NCBI RefSeq assembly: GCF_964213995.1
Contig: NW_027590170.1
Coordinates: forward strand, 868,001 to 932,000
Length of the DNA: 64,000 bases
DNA from: Mustelus asterias
Lineage: Eukaryota
Direction: 5' to 3'
This document shows, one piece after another, positions 48,876 to 61,422 of this stretch. A program made the position numbers and the translations under genes. Every line of letters starts with the position of its first letter. Position 1 is the first letter of the stretch. The notes under the pieces were generated by a model. The model saw nothing but the letters and a program-made list of their open reading frames with translations, did no database searches and was not told the DNA's origin.

Positions 48876-50583
48876 GTGTGATAATTTAACAGTAGTTCAC
48901 AAACTCCATGTTCGTGTGGGTGAAAAATGTGTGTTGACAAATTTTGGACCAATTCAGAGAAATGTTGACCAAATGCAGTCAGCTTCTGTGATGAAATTTA
49001 TCTTAGCCAATGATTGTTCAAAAAAATGTTGACTATTCTAAGAAAAAAAATACTGATAAACTTCAATTAAGTTTTTTTTTAAAAAATAGTTTATTTAAAT
49101 GACGAATTCTCGTTAAAGTATTCGGGGAAAATATGTTAGCAAGTTTAAGCTACTCTTTAAAAAGTTGGAAATTTCTCGAAAAATATGAGGAAACATTACA
49201 TTTTTCAAAATGGTGAAAACATTTTCTAAAAAGTTGATGAACTCTGATTAAACATGTTTAATTTTAAGAAGCAAAATACACAGAAATGTTTTTTAAAAGT
49301 TGACAAATTTCAGTTAAATCAGATGGAGGAATTTCTTTGGAGTAAGTTTAGTTTTGAAAAGTTCAAATTAGCCAGAAGTTTCTGGTTTGTGATGCTGGGA
49401 TTGTTGTCCATTGGAGCGAAGGAGATTGAGGAGCGATTTAATCGAGGTGGACTAGATTAGGGCAAGTTTAGAGGGGGAGGGGCAAATTTTAAGATATTGG
49501 GCAAGGCGGGGGCGAAGAAGATTTGGAAGCAACATTTTTTCCACAGCGAGTGCTCAGGACCTGGAACTCATTGCCTCCGAGAGTTTTGGATGAGGTCAAT
49601 TTAGGTAATAGAAATTCTGAGGTGGACATGGACTTCCTGAGAAAGAAGATGGGTCTCCAGGAACATTCTTTAGGCAGGTAGATGGATCTCCTCGGTGACA
49701 TTGAATCTGAAGATCAACCTGTGGAAGCACACCCCTTCCCCGGCCACCGCCCCCACCCACTGTTGAGAACAGTACAGCACAGGAAACAGGCCCTTCGGCC
49801 CTCCAAAATGTTTGACAAGAACCCCGCTGATATTAAATGCAAGGGCATCAAAATCAAAAAGGGTATTTTGGAACATTCGTTCTTCGTTGTAGATATTTTC
49901 AATTTCATATAACGTGAAAAAGGATATGCAAAATATTCAGACTGTTGAATGGGAACTCCCGACATTGTTACAAGGACAACATTAACCATTTACCTCATTG
50001 TCACCACCTCAGAAGCTGTCTTGGCTCAAGGGCCAACATTGCGGTGAATCCTCGTTTCGGTCCCGCTGTGGGGAAAACAACTTCATTGATTCACTGGCCC
50101 TGCTCTGACGTAATAAACTGGAGAACAAAGGGTCTGTGAGCTGATTGGATGAATTGGAGAATCAGGGACATGATTGGACGTCACCAGTTGATTCGTTTGG
50201 GAATTAACCAATCGCTGGAGAGACCGGAAATACATGTAAATATCTTCACCCAAACAATTACAGATTGAACCCATTCTGTTTAATTCCGCAATAAACTCGC
50301 TGCAAACATGTTGGGTATCATTTTGTATTCGTTTCTCACTGTTTCAGCTCTTTTGCCTGGTAAGTCTACAAGGGACATAAACTTCTTCTTGCAAGCGATG
50401 TCGACAGTAATTTGGGTCCGCTTTGCTGTAGATGATAATGTGATCCGTGTTCTGATGTTATGAGTTACAATAGAATGATAATAACACCTTAACTTTCAAT
50501 ATTTCTAAATTTCTGCCGGTGTCACTACTGGAGACTCAATATCAAAGGAGCCGGTTACAGCGATGAAGTTTGAATGGGACTCA

Positions 50584-51523
50584 AAGAACAAAGAACAAAG
50601 AAAGTTACAGGCTCTTAGGCCCTCCAAGCCTGCACCGATCATGTTGCCCGACTGAACTAAAACCCGCTATCCTTCCGGGGACCATATCCCTCTATTCCCA
50701 TCTTACTCATATATTTGTCCGGACGCACCTTAAATGTCACTATCGTATCTGTTTCCACTACCTCCCCCGGCAGCGTGTTCCAGGCACCCAACACACTCGG
50801 TGTAAAACACTTACCTCATTAATCTCCTTTAAACCTTGCCCCTCGCACCTTAAACCTATGCCCCTTAGTAATTGACTCTTCCACCCTGGGAAAAACCTTC
50901 TGACTATCCACTCTAGCCATGCCCCTCAGAATCTTGTCGACTTGTATCAGGTCGTCCCTCAACCTCCGTCGTTCAAGTGAGAACAAACCAAGTTTCTCCA
51001 ACCTCTCTTCTTAGCTAATGGGCGGCATGGTAGCACAGTGGTTAGCACTGCTTCTTCACAGCTCCAGGGACCTGGGTTTGATTCCCGGCTTTGGTCACGG
51101 TCTGTGGCGTAAGCACATTCTCCTCGTGTCAGCGTGGGTTTCCTCCAGGTGCTCGGATATCCTCCCACAGTCCAAAAATGTGCGGGTTAGGTTTATTAGT
51201 CATGCTAAAATTGCCCCTTAGAGTTCTGAGATGCGTAGGTTTGAGGGATTAACGTGTACATGTGGGGGTAGGGTCTGGGTGGGATTGTGGTCAGTGCAGA
51301 CTCGATGGGCCGAATGGCCTCCTTCTGTACTGCAGGGTTTCTATGATTCTGATGCTCTCCATGCCAGGCAACATCCTGGTAAATCTTTTCTGCACCCTCT
51401 CCAAAGCCTCAACATCGTTCTGGTAGTGTGGCGACCAAAATTGAAAATTATATTCCAAGTACGGCCTAACTAACGTGCTATAAAGCTGCAATATGACTCG
51501 CCATTTTTTAAACTCAATGCCCC
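50584..51523 (-). mobile_element. CR1 LINE inserted in the V exon, itself carrying a nested SINE
   Basis: ORFs 50819-51001 and 51291-51491 are CR1 ORF2; aagaacaaagaacaaag tail. Confidence 0.9.
51020..51350 (+). mobile_element. HE1-type V-SINE nested in CR1
   Basis: gggcggcatggtagcacagtggttagcactgc...ttctatgattct; homologous to the SINE at 23258. Confidence 0.9.
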
Positions 51524-51954
51524 GGTGACCAATAGGTTAACTGCACAGCAGCTGGTGCATATTACATTCAATTGTATCGCCAGGACCGGGAGAAGGTTCC
51601 CAGCAAAAAGAACGGAGAAAGCCCCCATCTTCTTGATCTATATCTCTTATTATGGAGATATTTCCAGTGCAAAGGGCGTGGGAACACTATTTTCTGCATA
51701 TATCGAGAGGTCGAAAAGCGAGGGGAACTTCAGCATGTGTGAGCTGTGGCTGTCGGACAGCGCGGTGTATTACTGTGGACTGAGAGACGCAATGACAGAA
51801 ACCAGAGGGAGCCTGGTATGAAAAATAAAACATTGCCCCAGAGTGACAAGATGAACGGAGCAGAGAATGGTAATAATATTGGGCTATAAATAGAGCATGA
51901 TTCACTCTGTGGTGCTTCTATACATTTTCGGTATTGCTCATATTCACAACAGGA

Positions 51955-52205
51955 GAGGCGATGGCCGAGGGGGTATTATCCTGAGACTATTAATCCAGAA
52001 ACTCAGCGAATGTTGCGCGGACCCGATTCAATGAAAACAATATCGACAACTAAGAATCTACTGACGACCATGAAGCCATTGTCGATTGTCGGAAAAACCC
52101 ACTTTGTTCACTCATGTACTTTGGGGAATGAAATCTGCCGTCCTTACCTGGTCTGGCCTACACGTGACTCCAAAGCCAAAACAATGTGGTTGACTCTCAA
52201 CTACC
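51955..52205 (+). mobile_element. Second tRNA-derived SINE family (partial)
   Basis: tRNA-like head followed by a core gaaatctgccgtccttacctggtctggcctacacgtgactcc recalled as a shark SINE; decayed relative at ~22450-22650. Confidence 0.55.
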
Positions 52206-52812
52206 GATGGACAACTAGTGGTATCCAAGTCCCACACACAGAAAAAATTCACTGGAATCACTGTTAAAACTGTCCTGATAATAAGGCTAATGGACGTATT
52301 GAGAAAAAAAAAACAAGGACAGAACTATTTAGCCTCCATTAGCTTCCGGGTCACAGTAAGAAAATAAGGGTTTTTTGTGGAATGTCAATTATTGAGCATG
52401 TTCAAAAAAATCAACAGCTTTTGGAAGCCTAATGGCATTAAGCGCTATGCAGATAGCGCGGGAAAGTGGCGTTCAGGCTGGTCAGCCCTGATCTAACTGA
52501 ATGACGAAGCAGAATCGAAGGACAGAATGGCCTACTGCTGTTCCCATGTTCCTGTACCCCATTTTTCTACATTCTTCCCCAAGTCAATAGCTAAATGTGT
52601 AAGTTGTCTCTGTAAGGATGATTATATTAATCCAGCTCACGGTGCGTCTGGTTACTGTCTGTTATCTCACCACCTGGGTGTCACACAGCACCACTGGAGA
52701 CAGAAGGGAGGGAGCTGAGAACATCCGGAGAAAGGAAGCTGATTATTGAAGGCGGGGATTAGACCGGATAAAATCAAACACACAGCTCCCCTTTTACAGA
52801 GCGACAGCGGCA

Positions 52813-54490
52813 ATGCAGCTGCTGTGGGGATCATTCCTGACAGGTAATTATGTGCAAAAGACGTTGCACCATTTCACACGTTTCCCAAGCTTGGTTCCAG
52901 ACCACAAATTAATCATACGCCCTTCTGACCATTTTCTGTTTTGTTATTTCCATATTTGAGACATGGAGATTCTGTCACCCAGCCGCTCACATCAGATGTT
53001 AAGAGAGAAGGCGAGATCGTGACTTTAACATGTAGCAATGAAACCAAGCACGCTGAATGTCTTCTTCACCACTCTGTCCACCTGTGACTCCACTTTCAAG
53101 GAGCAGAGAGCGACTATAGGTTGTACTGGTACCGACAACATCCAGACACGCAGCCCGTGTTTATAGTGCGGAAAGATACTGATAGTTATGAAAATAAAGC
53201 AGATGTTTTTAAAAGTCGCTTCTTTGTAGCTAATGTCGCTCTGTAGGAGGTAGCTAAATTGATACAAAATTGGCTTGATGACAGAAGCCACAGGGCGGTT
53301 GTAGAGGGTTGTTTTTTAAACAGGAGGCCTGTGACCAGCGTTGTGCCTCAGGGATCGGTGCTGGGTCCACTGTTATTTGTCATTTATATTAATGATTTGG
53401 GTGAGAAAAAAGGAGGCATGTTTAGGAAGTTTGCAGATGACACGAAGATTGGTGGCATAGTGGACAGTGAAGAAGGTTATCTCGGATTGCAACGGGATCT
53501 TGATAAATTGGGCCAGTGGGCTCACGAATGGCAGATGGAGTTTAATTTAGATAAATGCGAGGTTATGCATTTTGGTAGATTGAACCAGGGCAGGACTTAC
53601 TCAGTTAATGGTAGGTAATTGAGAAGAGTTACAGAGCAAAGAAATCTAGAGGTGCAGGTCCATAGCTCCTTGAATGTAGAGCCACAGGTGGACAGAGTGG
53701 TAAAGAAGACATTCAGCATGCTTGGTTTCATCGCTCAGAACATTGAATACAGGGATTGGAACGTCTTGTTGAAGTTGTACAAGACATTGGCAAGGCTACA
53801 CTTGGAATACTGTGTACAGTTCTGTTCACCCTATTATAGAAAGGATATTATTAAACTAGAAAAAGTGCAGGAAAGATTTACCAGGATGCTACCGAGACTT
53901 GATGGTTTGAGTTATAAGAAGAGGCTGGATAGACTGGGACATTTTTCTCTAGCGTGTAGAAGGCTGAGGGGTGACCTTATAGAGGTCTATAAAATAATGA
54001 GGGGCATGGATCATCTAGGTAGTCAATATATTTTCCCAAAGGTAGGGGAGTCTAAAACTAGATGGCATAGGTTTAAGGAGAGAGGGGAAAGATGCAAAAG
54101 TGTCCAGAGGGCAGATTTTTCACACAGAGGATGGTGAGCGTCTGGAACAAGCTGCCAGAGGTAGTGGTAGAAGCGGGTACAATTTTGTCTTTTAAAAAGC
54201 ATTTCGACAATTACATGGGTAAGACAGGTACAGAGGGATATGGGTCAAATGTGGGCGATTGGGACTAGCTTTGGATTTTTTTTTAAAAAGGCGGCATGGA
54301 CAAGTTGGGCCGAAGGGCCTGGATCCATGCTGTTAACCTCTATGACTTCATGACTCTAGGTCTATCTCCAGACCTCGAACAAATTCATGAGTTTAAGTAT
54401 ATTTGATCTGAGCCTGACTGATGCTGCCGTTTATCATTGCGCGTCCAGACTCACAGAGATAGAAAGAAGGCTCACCCTCATTCAGAAACC
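52813..54490 (+). pseudogene. TCR alpha/delta V pseudogene, paralogue of the 11 kb V (short leader 52813-52843; V exon from ~52954; 23-RSS 54452-54490)
   Basis: HGDSVTQPLTSDVKREGEIVTLTCS...YWYRQHPDTQPVFIVRKDTDSYENKADVFKSRF [CR1] LQTSNKFMSLSIFDLSLTDAAVYHCASR; CACAGAG + 23 nt + TCAGAAACC; acceptor mutated (cat). Confidence 0.88.
53245..54357 (+). mobile_element. CR1 LINE inserted in the V exon
   Basis: ORFs 53259-53618 and 53619-54137; same subfamily as the 9.1-9.8 kb element. Confidence 0.92.
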
Positions 54491-56019
54491 TGCTTAACAC
54501 TGGAGATGGCGACTGAGGATTGCTGAGACTCATGGCCAGACGTTCAGTGAGTTTTCAGCCGCTCAAACACAAACAGAGGAAACCAAGTTAACCGCAGATG
54601 CAACTGACACCTAACTCTTTCCAGCCGCAATGGAGAAAACAAACTGCAGAATCCAATCTGTCAGGCAGATCCAGCACAGAACCATACTCGACTCATTCTT
54701 CCAAAAGACAATCATGCCACTTTTCTGGTCTGGCTCCACCAGTCGGTGGTGAGCTGGATACCAGTGAATGGAAATACCTCAAGCTGCGACACAATTAATG
54801 TCCTGGTCATGGGAATGTTTCCATTGCCTGCGACCGCAGTTGGGAATAAAAGCCTTCTTTGTTAATTGGGGATAGTTCTCAAAACATTACAGGCATTGAA
54901 CCCACCGTCATTGCACTCAACAGCAAATTTCAAAACTATCTGTGTAGAAAACAACTCGCATTCAATTTCAGAGGAGTCCTAAAATCTACAGCTTGCATCA
55001 CAGTAACAATAATACAAATCAGATGTCTGTTTGGATTGGCAGAAACATATTTTGAAAATATAATGAATACATTGAATCTCCAGAAAGAAGGCCATTTACC
55101 ACTCAGCACCAACAGAGGAAGCTCATGCATCACGTATTCATGACCACTGCAGCTAATCCACCAAGAAGTCGCATGGCACTGGGGAATGAGGGCTTTCATT
55201 ATTCTCATCATAAGTCACCAATTCAGAAATCTGCAAACATCCTTATAATTTGCCTTACTTGTTAGGAGACCACTATGTTTGATTTGGACTCTGTTACATT
55301 GATCAAATTCCATTGTTAATGATGACCACTCTCTACATAACCAACTGGGCCCTTACCTGTGCCCCAAATTTAAACTTATTTAAATGAAACGGTGGCCTGA
55401 TGCTCTACAATCACAGTTCAATCTACTAGATGTTTCAAGATAAACCTTTCCCATATCAGATTGTACTTTATATTGTTGACTTCATATATTCCTTGAATTT
55501 CTGCTGCCATCTCAGTCATTGCTTCTCCCTTTGTCTATTTGCTTTTATCACTGTGCCTCTCCTTAACTCTCTCACTGACTTGTCATTGTCCTTGCAATTC
55601 TGTCGATTCCTCTGCCTATTTTTCTGTGATTCCTATGCGCCTAATTCCATCTCTCCATATGTCAGCTGAACAATATCTATTTCCAACCTCTGCAACAGCA
55701 GGGAACACAAGTGACCTTCAATGGGTATTGCTGACTTCATCTGTCCGTTTCGTAGTCACTGTGGCATCCTCATGCTCTCTGCTCACTATGAATTCACTGA
55801 ATGAGACAAATAGAATCTCAGGCACCAATTTAAAACTTCGCAATGAAAGTCATGCCACCTGGTGGTGGCATCGCTAAATGCATGTTGGTCAAGTTTGTCA
55901 AACTCTCTTTCACATCCTGAATTACGTAAATTAATTTCCAGGGGTTCTTCCCCTGCTTTAAAACACGCACTCGGCCAAAAAATCCAAACAGACATTTTTC
56001 AACACACCGGCAGCCGGCG

Positions 56020-56092
56020 GTATCAGTAGTGTAGTTGTTATCACGTTCGCCCCCAACGCAAAAAAGATCCCGGTTTGAAATCAGGCAGAAAC
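56020..56092 (+). pseudogene. tRNA-Val-like pseudogene
   Basis: GTATCAGTAGTGTAGTTGTTATCACGTTCGCCCCCAACGC...; multiple lesions. Confidence 0.75.
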
Positions 56093-56939
56093 ATTCATTA
56101 AACTTTCTCATGGAGGGTGAGGTATGTCTGTATGATTTCAGTTTCTTGCTGAATATCATCGGAATCTCGATGTTACAGCCACATTATCTTTGCTCTGACC
56201 TCGGCCTCAAATGCTTTCTCCAAAATCAGAAATGCTGAATTTTATGACGCAATGTCAGGAAAGAAACGTTCCTATTTTGACACCGTGCACATATTAGCAT
56301 CTGCTTCAGTTTACACCAGTGTTTAGTTGGTTTAATAGATGCAGACTAACATAGTTAATCACCATCTGAAACATGTCTAATAGTGATGAGTGCTCAGAAA
56401 GACAGACACAAGTGATGCTGTAAGTGAACTAAAGGAAATTGCACACATTTCCCGGAGCATTCTTTTTTGAAGATCGTTCTTCATAATAAAGAAATAGAAA
56501 AAAAAACACTCAGACAAATGAGAAAATCGAAACTTAGTGCGGATTTGTTGGACTTTCCTATCGATGGACGGAATTTTTTAAGCGCCTGAATGTTAGTTAC
56601 ATATATTAACCGGTGACTCGATTCCTTTTGTTGGTCAGTTATGTTCGACATAAAATGTTGAATAACGACAAATACTGGATATAACTGGTTGAAATTATTC
56701 GACGGAAGATGATAATGATGCATTAATGATTGAGCAGGAATCATTGCTCCCATAGACATTTCCCAGACGAACGCTTTTGAATTTTGAAGTTCAAGATGAG
56801 TTGAGATATCAGGTGGATAGTAACGGAGTTGTTCTTGTATTAAGTAACATGGGCCCTAAATCTAACCATGAGAACCTGCAGCAAAACAGTGGAGTTGAAC
56901 ATTGTAGTCAGGCGAATTGGAGGCGTGGTGCTGTCTCTT

Positions 56940-57012
56940 GTTTCTGTAGTGTAGTGGTTATCACATTTGTTGAACACGCGCAAGGTTTCTGGCTCGAAAC
57001 CGGGCTGAAACA
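56940..57012 (+). pseudogene. tRNA-Val(AAC)-like pseudogene
   Basis: GTTTCTGTAGTGTAGTGGTTATCACATTTGTTGAACACGCG...; anticodon arm damaged. Confidence 0.78.
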
Positions 57013-57720
57013 TTCATTAAGCTTTCTCATGTCGGGTGGGGGGAATCGATATGATTTCAGTTCGTTGCTGAACATTATCCGAATCTCGATGTTACAGCCA
57101 TATTATCATTGCTCTGACCTCGGCTTCAAATGTTTTCTGGAAAATAAGAAATGCCGATTTATTTTTGACGCACTGACAGAAAGAAACGTTTCGATTTTGA
57201 CGCAATGCACATAATAGCACCACGTTCAGTCTACAACAGAATTTAATGGGTTTATAGGTGCAGACTAACATCGTTAATCACCATCTGAATCATGTCCAAT
57301 AGTAGGGTGTGCTCTAAAGGATAGACACAAGTGATACTGCAAGTGAACTAGAGGAAACGGAGCATATTTCCCAGAAGAATCCTTTTTAAAATCGTTCTTC
57401 ATAACAAAGAAATAGGAAAGAAGACTCAGACAGATGAGGGAATGAAGACTCAGTCCGGATCTACTGGACATTCCAAAAGATGGCCGGAAATTATGCGCCT
57501 GAATATTTCACGCCCATAATAAAAAGCTCAAGTGTAACTCACAGATATCTTTTCAATCCCTTCCATTTAAATGTGGTTGACTTTGTTTGAAAGCAGACTA
57601 TGGTCAATCAAAAAAATTGCGATCTGTATTACCCGGTGATTCGATTCCCTTTGTTTATCAGTTATGTTTGCAATTGAGTGATATTCAATTTCAGAAATAT
57701 TCTATTCATAATGAAGACAT

Positions 57721-58535
57721 ACAGAACAGTACAGCACAGAACAGGCCCTTCAGCCCACGATGTTGTGCCAAGCTTTATCTGAAACCAAGATCAAGCTATC
57801 CCACTCCCTATCATCCTGGTGTGCTCCATGTGCCTATCCAATAACCGCTTGAATGTTCCTAAAGTGTCTGACTCCACTATCACTGCAGGCAGTCCATTCC
57901 ACACCCCAACCACTCTCTGCGTAAAGAACATACCTCTGATATCCTTCCTATATCTCCCACCATGAACCCTATAGTTATGCCCCCTTGTAATAGCTCCATC
58001 CACCCGAGGAAATAGTCTTTGAACGTTCACTCTATCTATCCCCTTCATCATTTTATAAACCTCTATTAAGTCTCCCCTCAGCCTCCTCCGCTCCAGAGAG
58101 AACAACCCTAGCTCCCTCAACCTTTCCTCATAAGACCAACCCTCCAAACCAGGCAGCATCCTGGTAAATCTCCTCTGCACTCCTTCCAGCGCCTCCACAT
58201 CCTTCTTATAGTGAGGTGACCAGAACTGCGCACAATATTCCAAATGTGGTCTCACCAAGGTCCTGTACAGTTGCAGCATAACCCCACGGCTCAGAAACTC
58301 CAACCCCCGTTAATAAAAGCTAACACACTATAGGCCTTCTTCACAGCTCTATCCACTTGAGTGGCAACCTTTAGAGATCTGTGGATATGGACCCCAAGAT
58401 GTCTCTGTTCCTCCACAGTCTTCAGAACCCTACCTTTGACCCTGTAATCCACATTTAAATTAATCCTACCAAAATGAATCACCTCACATTTATCAGGGCC
58501 TACCAAAATGAACCACCTCACATTTATCACATTTA
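57721..58535 (-). mobile_element. CR1 LINE in a tRNA-Val unit, with a ~32-bp tandem duplication at its 5' truncation
   Basis: ORFs 57791-58303 and 58291-58617; cctaccaaaatgaa(t/c)cacctcacatttatca is repeated at ~58466-58529. Confidence 0.92.
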
Positions 58536-58873
58536 TATGTGTTAAATAATGCATTGATATTAAATATTGAAACAAATACTGAGTACAATTGTAAAATGAG
58601 CTTTGACAAAGTATCATCTGGACTCGAAATGTCAGCTATTTTCTATCCTTACAGGTGCTGCCAGACCTTGTGAGATTTTCCTGCATTTTCTCTTTTGGTT
58701 TCCGATTCCAGAATCCGCAGTAATTTGCTTTTATTACGGAGTACAAATGGTTCAGATTATTCGAAGGAAGATGTGAATGATGCATTAATGAATGAGCAGA
58801 AATCATTGCTCCCTCAGATATTTGTCAGACGAACCCTTTTAAATTTTAAAGTTCCAGGTAAGTTGAGCAATCA

Positions 58874-59697
58874 GATGGAAAATTGGGCGGAGAAATGGTA
58901 GATGGAATTTAATCCAGATCAATGCGAAGTGATGCATTTTGGAAGAACGAATGTCGGGGGGAGTTATACAATAAACGGCAGAGCCACCAAGAGTATAGAA
59001 ACACAGAGGGGCCTAGGTGTGCAAGTCCACAAATCCTTGAAGGTGGCAGCACAGGTGGAGAAGGTGGTGAAGAAGGCATATGGTATGCTTATCCTTATAG
59101 GACGGGCTATAGATTTTAAAAGCTGGAGTCTGATGTTGCAGCTGTATAGAACGCTGGTTAGGCCACATTTGGAGTACTGCATCCAGTTCTGGTCGCCGCA
59201 CTATCAGAAGGACGTGGAAGCTTTAGAGAGAGTGCAGAGAAGGTTTACCAGGATGTTGCCTGGTATGGAGGGTCTTAGCTATGAGGAGAGATTGGGTAAA
59301 CTGGAATTGTTCTCCCTGGAAAGACGGGAATGAGGGGAGACCTAATAGAGGTGTACAAGATTATGAGGGGTATAGATAGGGTGAACAGTGGGAAGATTTT
59401 ACCCAGGTCGGAGGTGACGATCACGAGGGGTCAAGGGCTCAAGGTGAGAGGGGCGTGATATAACTCAGATATCAGAGGGACGTTTTTTTGCACAGAGAGT
59501 GGTGGGAGCCTGGAATGCGCTGCCAAGTAGCGTTGTGGAGGTAAACACGCTGGCATCGTTTAAGACTTACCTGGATAGTCACAGGAGCAGTCTGGGAGTG
59601 GAGGGATACAAACGAATGGTCTCGTTGGACCAATGAGCGGCACAGGCTTGGAGGGCCGAAGGTCCTGTTTCCTGTGCTGTACTGTTCTTTGTTCTTT
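58874..59697 (+). mobile_element. CR1 LINE in a tRNA-Val unit
   Basis: ORF 58902-59333; ttgttctt tail; related to the 4.1 kb element but with a short 3' UTR. Confidence 0.92.
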
Positions 59698-59821
59698 GAA
59701 AGTAATGGGTACCTTCCTGAAACAAGTGACATGGGCTCTCAGTCTAACCATTGGAACCTGCAGAAATACAGCGCAGTTGAACATTGCAGGAAGGCCGATT
59801 TGCTGTAGTCTGCTGTCAGCA

Positions 59822-59894
59822 GTTGCTGTAGTGTAGTTGCTATCATGTTCGCCTCACACGCAAGCGGCCCCGGGTTTGAAACTGAGTAGAAACA
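59822..59894 (+). pseudogene. tRNA-Val(CAC)-like pseudogene
   Basis: GTTGCTGTAGTGTAGTTGCTATCATGTTCGCCTCACACGC...; A and B boxes mutated. Confidence 0.78.
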
Positions 59895-60662
59895 TTCATT
59901 AAGCTTTCCCATGCAGGGTGAGGGAAACCTGTGTGATTTCAGTTCGTTCCTGAACATTATCCGAATCTCGACGTGACAGCCATATTATCTTTGTTCAGAC
60001 CTTGGCCACAAATTCTTTCTGCTAAGTAAGAAATGCTGATAGTTTTTTGATGCACTGGCAGGAAAGAAACGTTTCGATTTTGACACCGTGTATATATTCG
60101 CATCACGTTCAGTCTACAACAGAATTTAAGGGGTTTATAGGTGCAGACTAACATCGTTATTCACCATCTGAAACTTTTCTAATCGTAGTATGTGCTCCAG
60201 AAGACTGACGCAAATGCTACTGTAAGTGAACTAGAGGAAATGTTGCACATTTCCCAGGAGAATCTCTACTGAAACAGTTCTTCATGACAAAGAAATAGGG
60301 AAAAAAACCATTCAGACAGATGAGGAAATCGAGCCTCAATGCGGATCTAGTGGACTTTCCAATAGATGGCCGGAACTGATGCGCCTGAAAGTTTCACGCC
60401 CATAATAAAAAAGGCTCCACTGTCACTAACAGACAATTCTTCAAAGTCTTCCATTTAAATGTGGTTGACTTTGTTTAAAAGCTGGCCATAGTCAATCTCA
60501 AAATTGTGATCTGTATTACCCGGTGACTCGATTCATTCTGTTGCTCAGTTATGTTTGCAATTCATTGACGTTCACTTTCAGAGATATCCAATTCATAATG
60601 AAGACATATGTGTTAAATAATGCCTTGATACTAAATAGTGAAACAAATACTGAGTACAATTG

Positions 60663-60806
60663 CACAATGAGCTTTGACAAAGTGTCGTCTGGACTCGAAA
60701 CGCCAGCTCTTTTCTCTCCTTACAGATGCTGCCAGATCTTGTGAGATTTTCCAGCATTTTATCTTTTGGTTTCAGATTCCAGCATCTGCGGTAACTGGCT
60801 TTTATT
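60663..60806 (+). mobile_element. 144-bp short element with a degenerate hammerhead-like head; copies also at 58592-58735, 62167-62310 and 63393-63523
   Basis: Perfect 14-bp TSD ACTGAGTACAATTG at 60649-60662 and 60807-60820; absent from left-array units and from the 56.6 kb unit. Confidence 0.85.
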
Positions 60807-61106
60807 ACTGAGTACAATTGGTTGAGATTATTCGAAGGAGGATGAAAATGATGCATTAATGAATGGGCAGAAATCATTGCTCCCTCAGATATTTGCCAGA
60901 CGAACGCTTCTAAGTTTTGAAGTTCAAGATAAGTTGAGCAATCAGGTTGAAAGTCGCGGTTATCTTCCCGACACAAGTCACATGGGGGTAGGGGGGGGGG
61001 GGGTGGCGGAGGAGAGGGGGTTCTCAGTCTAACCATTTGAACGTGCAGCAATACAGCACAGTTGAACATTGCAAACAGGCCGATTTGCTCTAATGTCACT
61101 CAAGCT

Positions 61107-61179
61107 GTTTCTGTAGTGTAGTGGTTCTGACGTTCGCCTGACACGCGAAAAGTCCCCAGTTCAAAACCACGCAGAAACG
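61107..61179 (+). pseudogene. tRNA-Val-like pseudogene, anticodon GAC
   Basis: GTTTCTGTAGTGTAGTGGTTCTGACGTTCGCCTGACACGCGAAAAGTCCCCAGTTCAAAACCACGCAGAAACG; T-stem broken. Confidence 0.8.
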
Positions 61180-61349
61180 TTCGTTAAGCTTCTTCATGTC
61201 GTGTAAGGGAAAATTGCTTAATTTCAGTTCGTTGCTCATCACCATGCGAGCCTCGATGTTAAAGGCGCGTTATCCTTGCTCTGACATCACCCTCAAATGC
61301 TTGCTGTAAAATAAGGAACAGGCCGATTTGCTGTCGTCACTTATCAGCT

Positions 61350-61422
61350 GTTTCTGTAGTGTAGTGGTGATCACGTTCACTTCACACGCGAGAAGTCCCC
61401 GGTCCGAAACCGAGCAGAAAAA
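61350..61422 (+). pseudogene. tRNA-Val(CAC)-like pseudogene (short 243-bp local duplication)
   Basis: GTTTCTGTAGTGTAGTGGTGATCACGTTCACTTCACACGCG...GGTCCGAAACC. Confidence 0.8.

Larger units (their letters stand above)
50308..51826 (+). pseudogene. TCR alpha/delta V pseudogene (leader 50308-50359; V exon from ~50519 split by CR1; degenerate 23-RSS 51788-51826)
   Basis: Leader MLGIILYSFLTVSALLP|gtaag; acceptor mutated (ccg); GDSISKEP... then the insertion, then ...YRQD...LSDSAVYYCGLR; heptamer CGCAATG + 23 nt + ATGAAAAAT. Confidence 0.82.
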
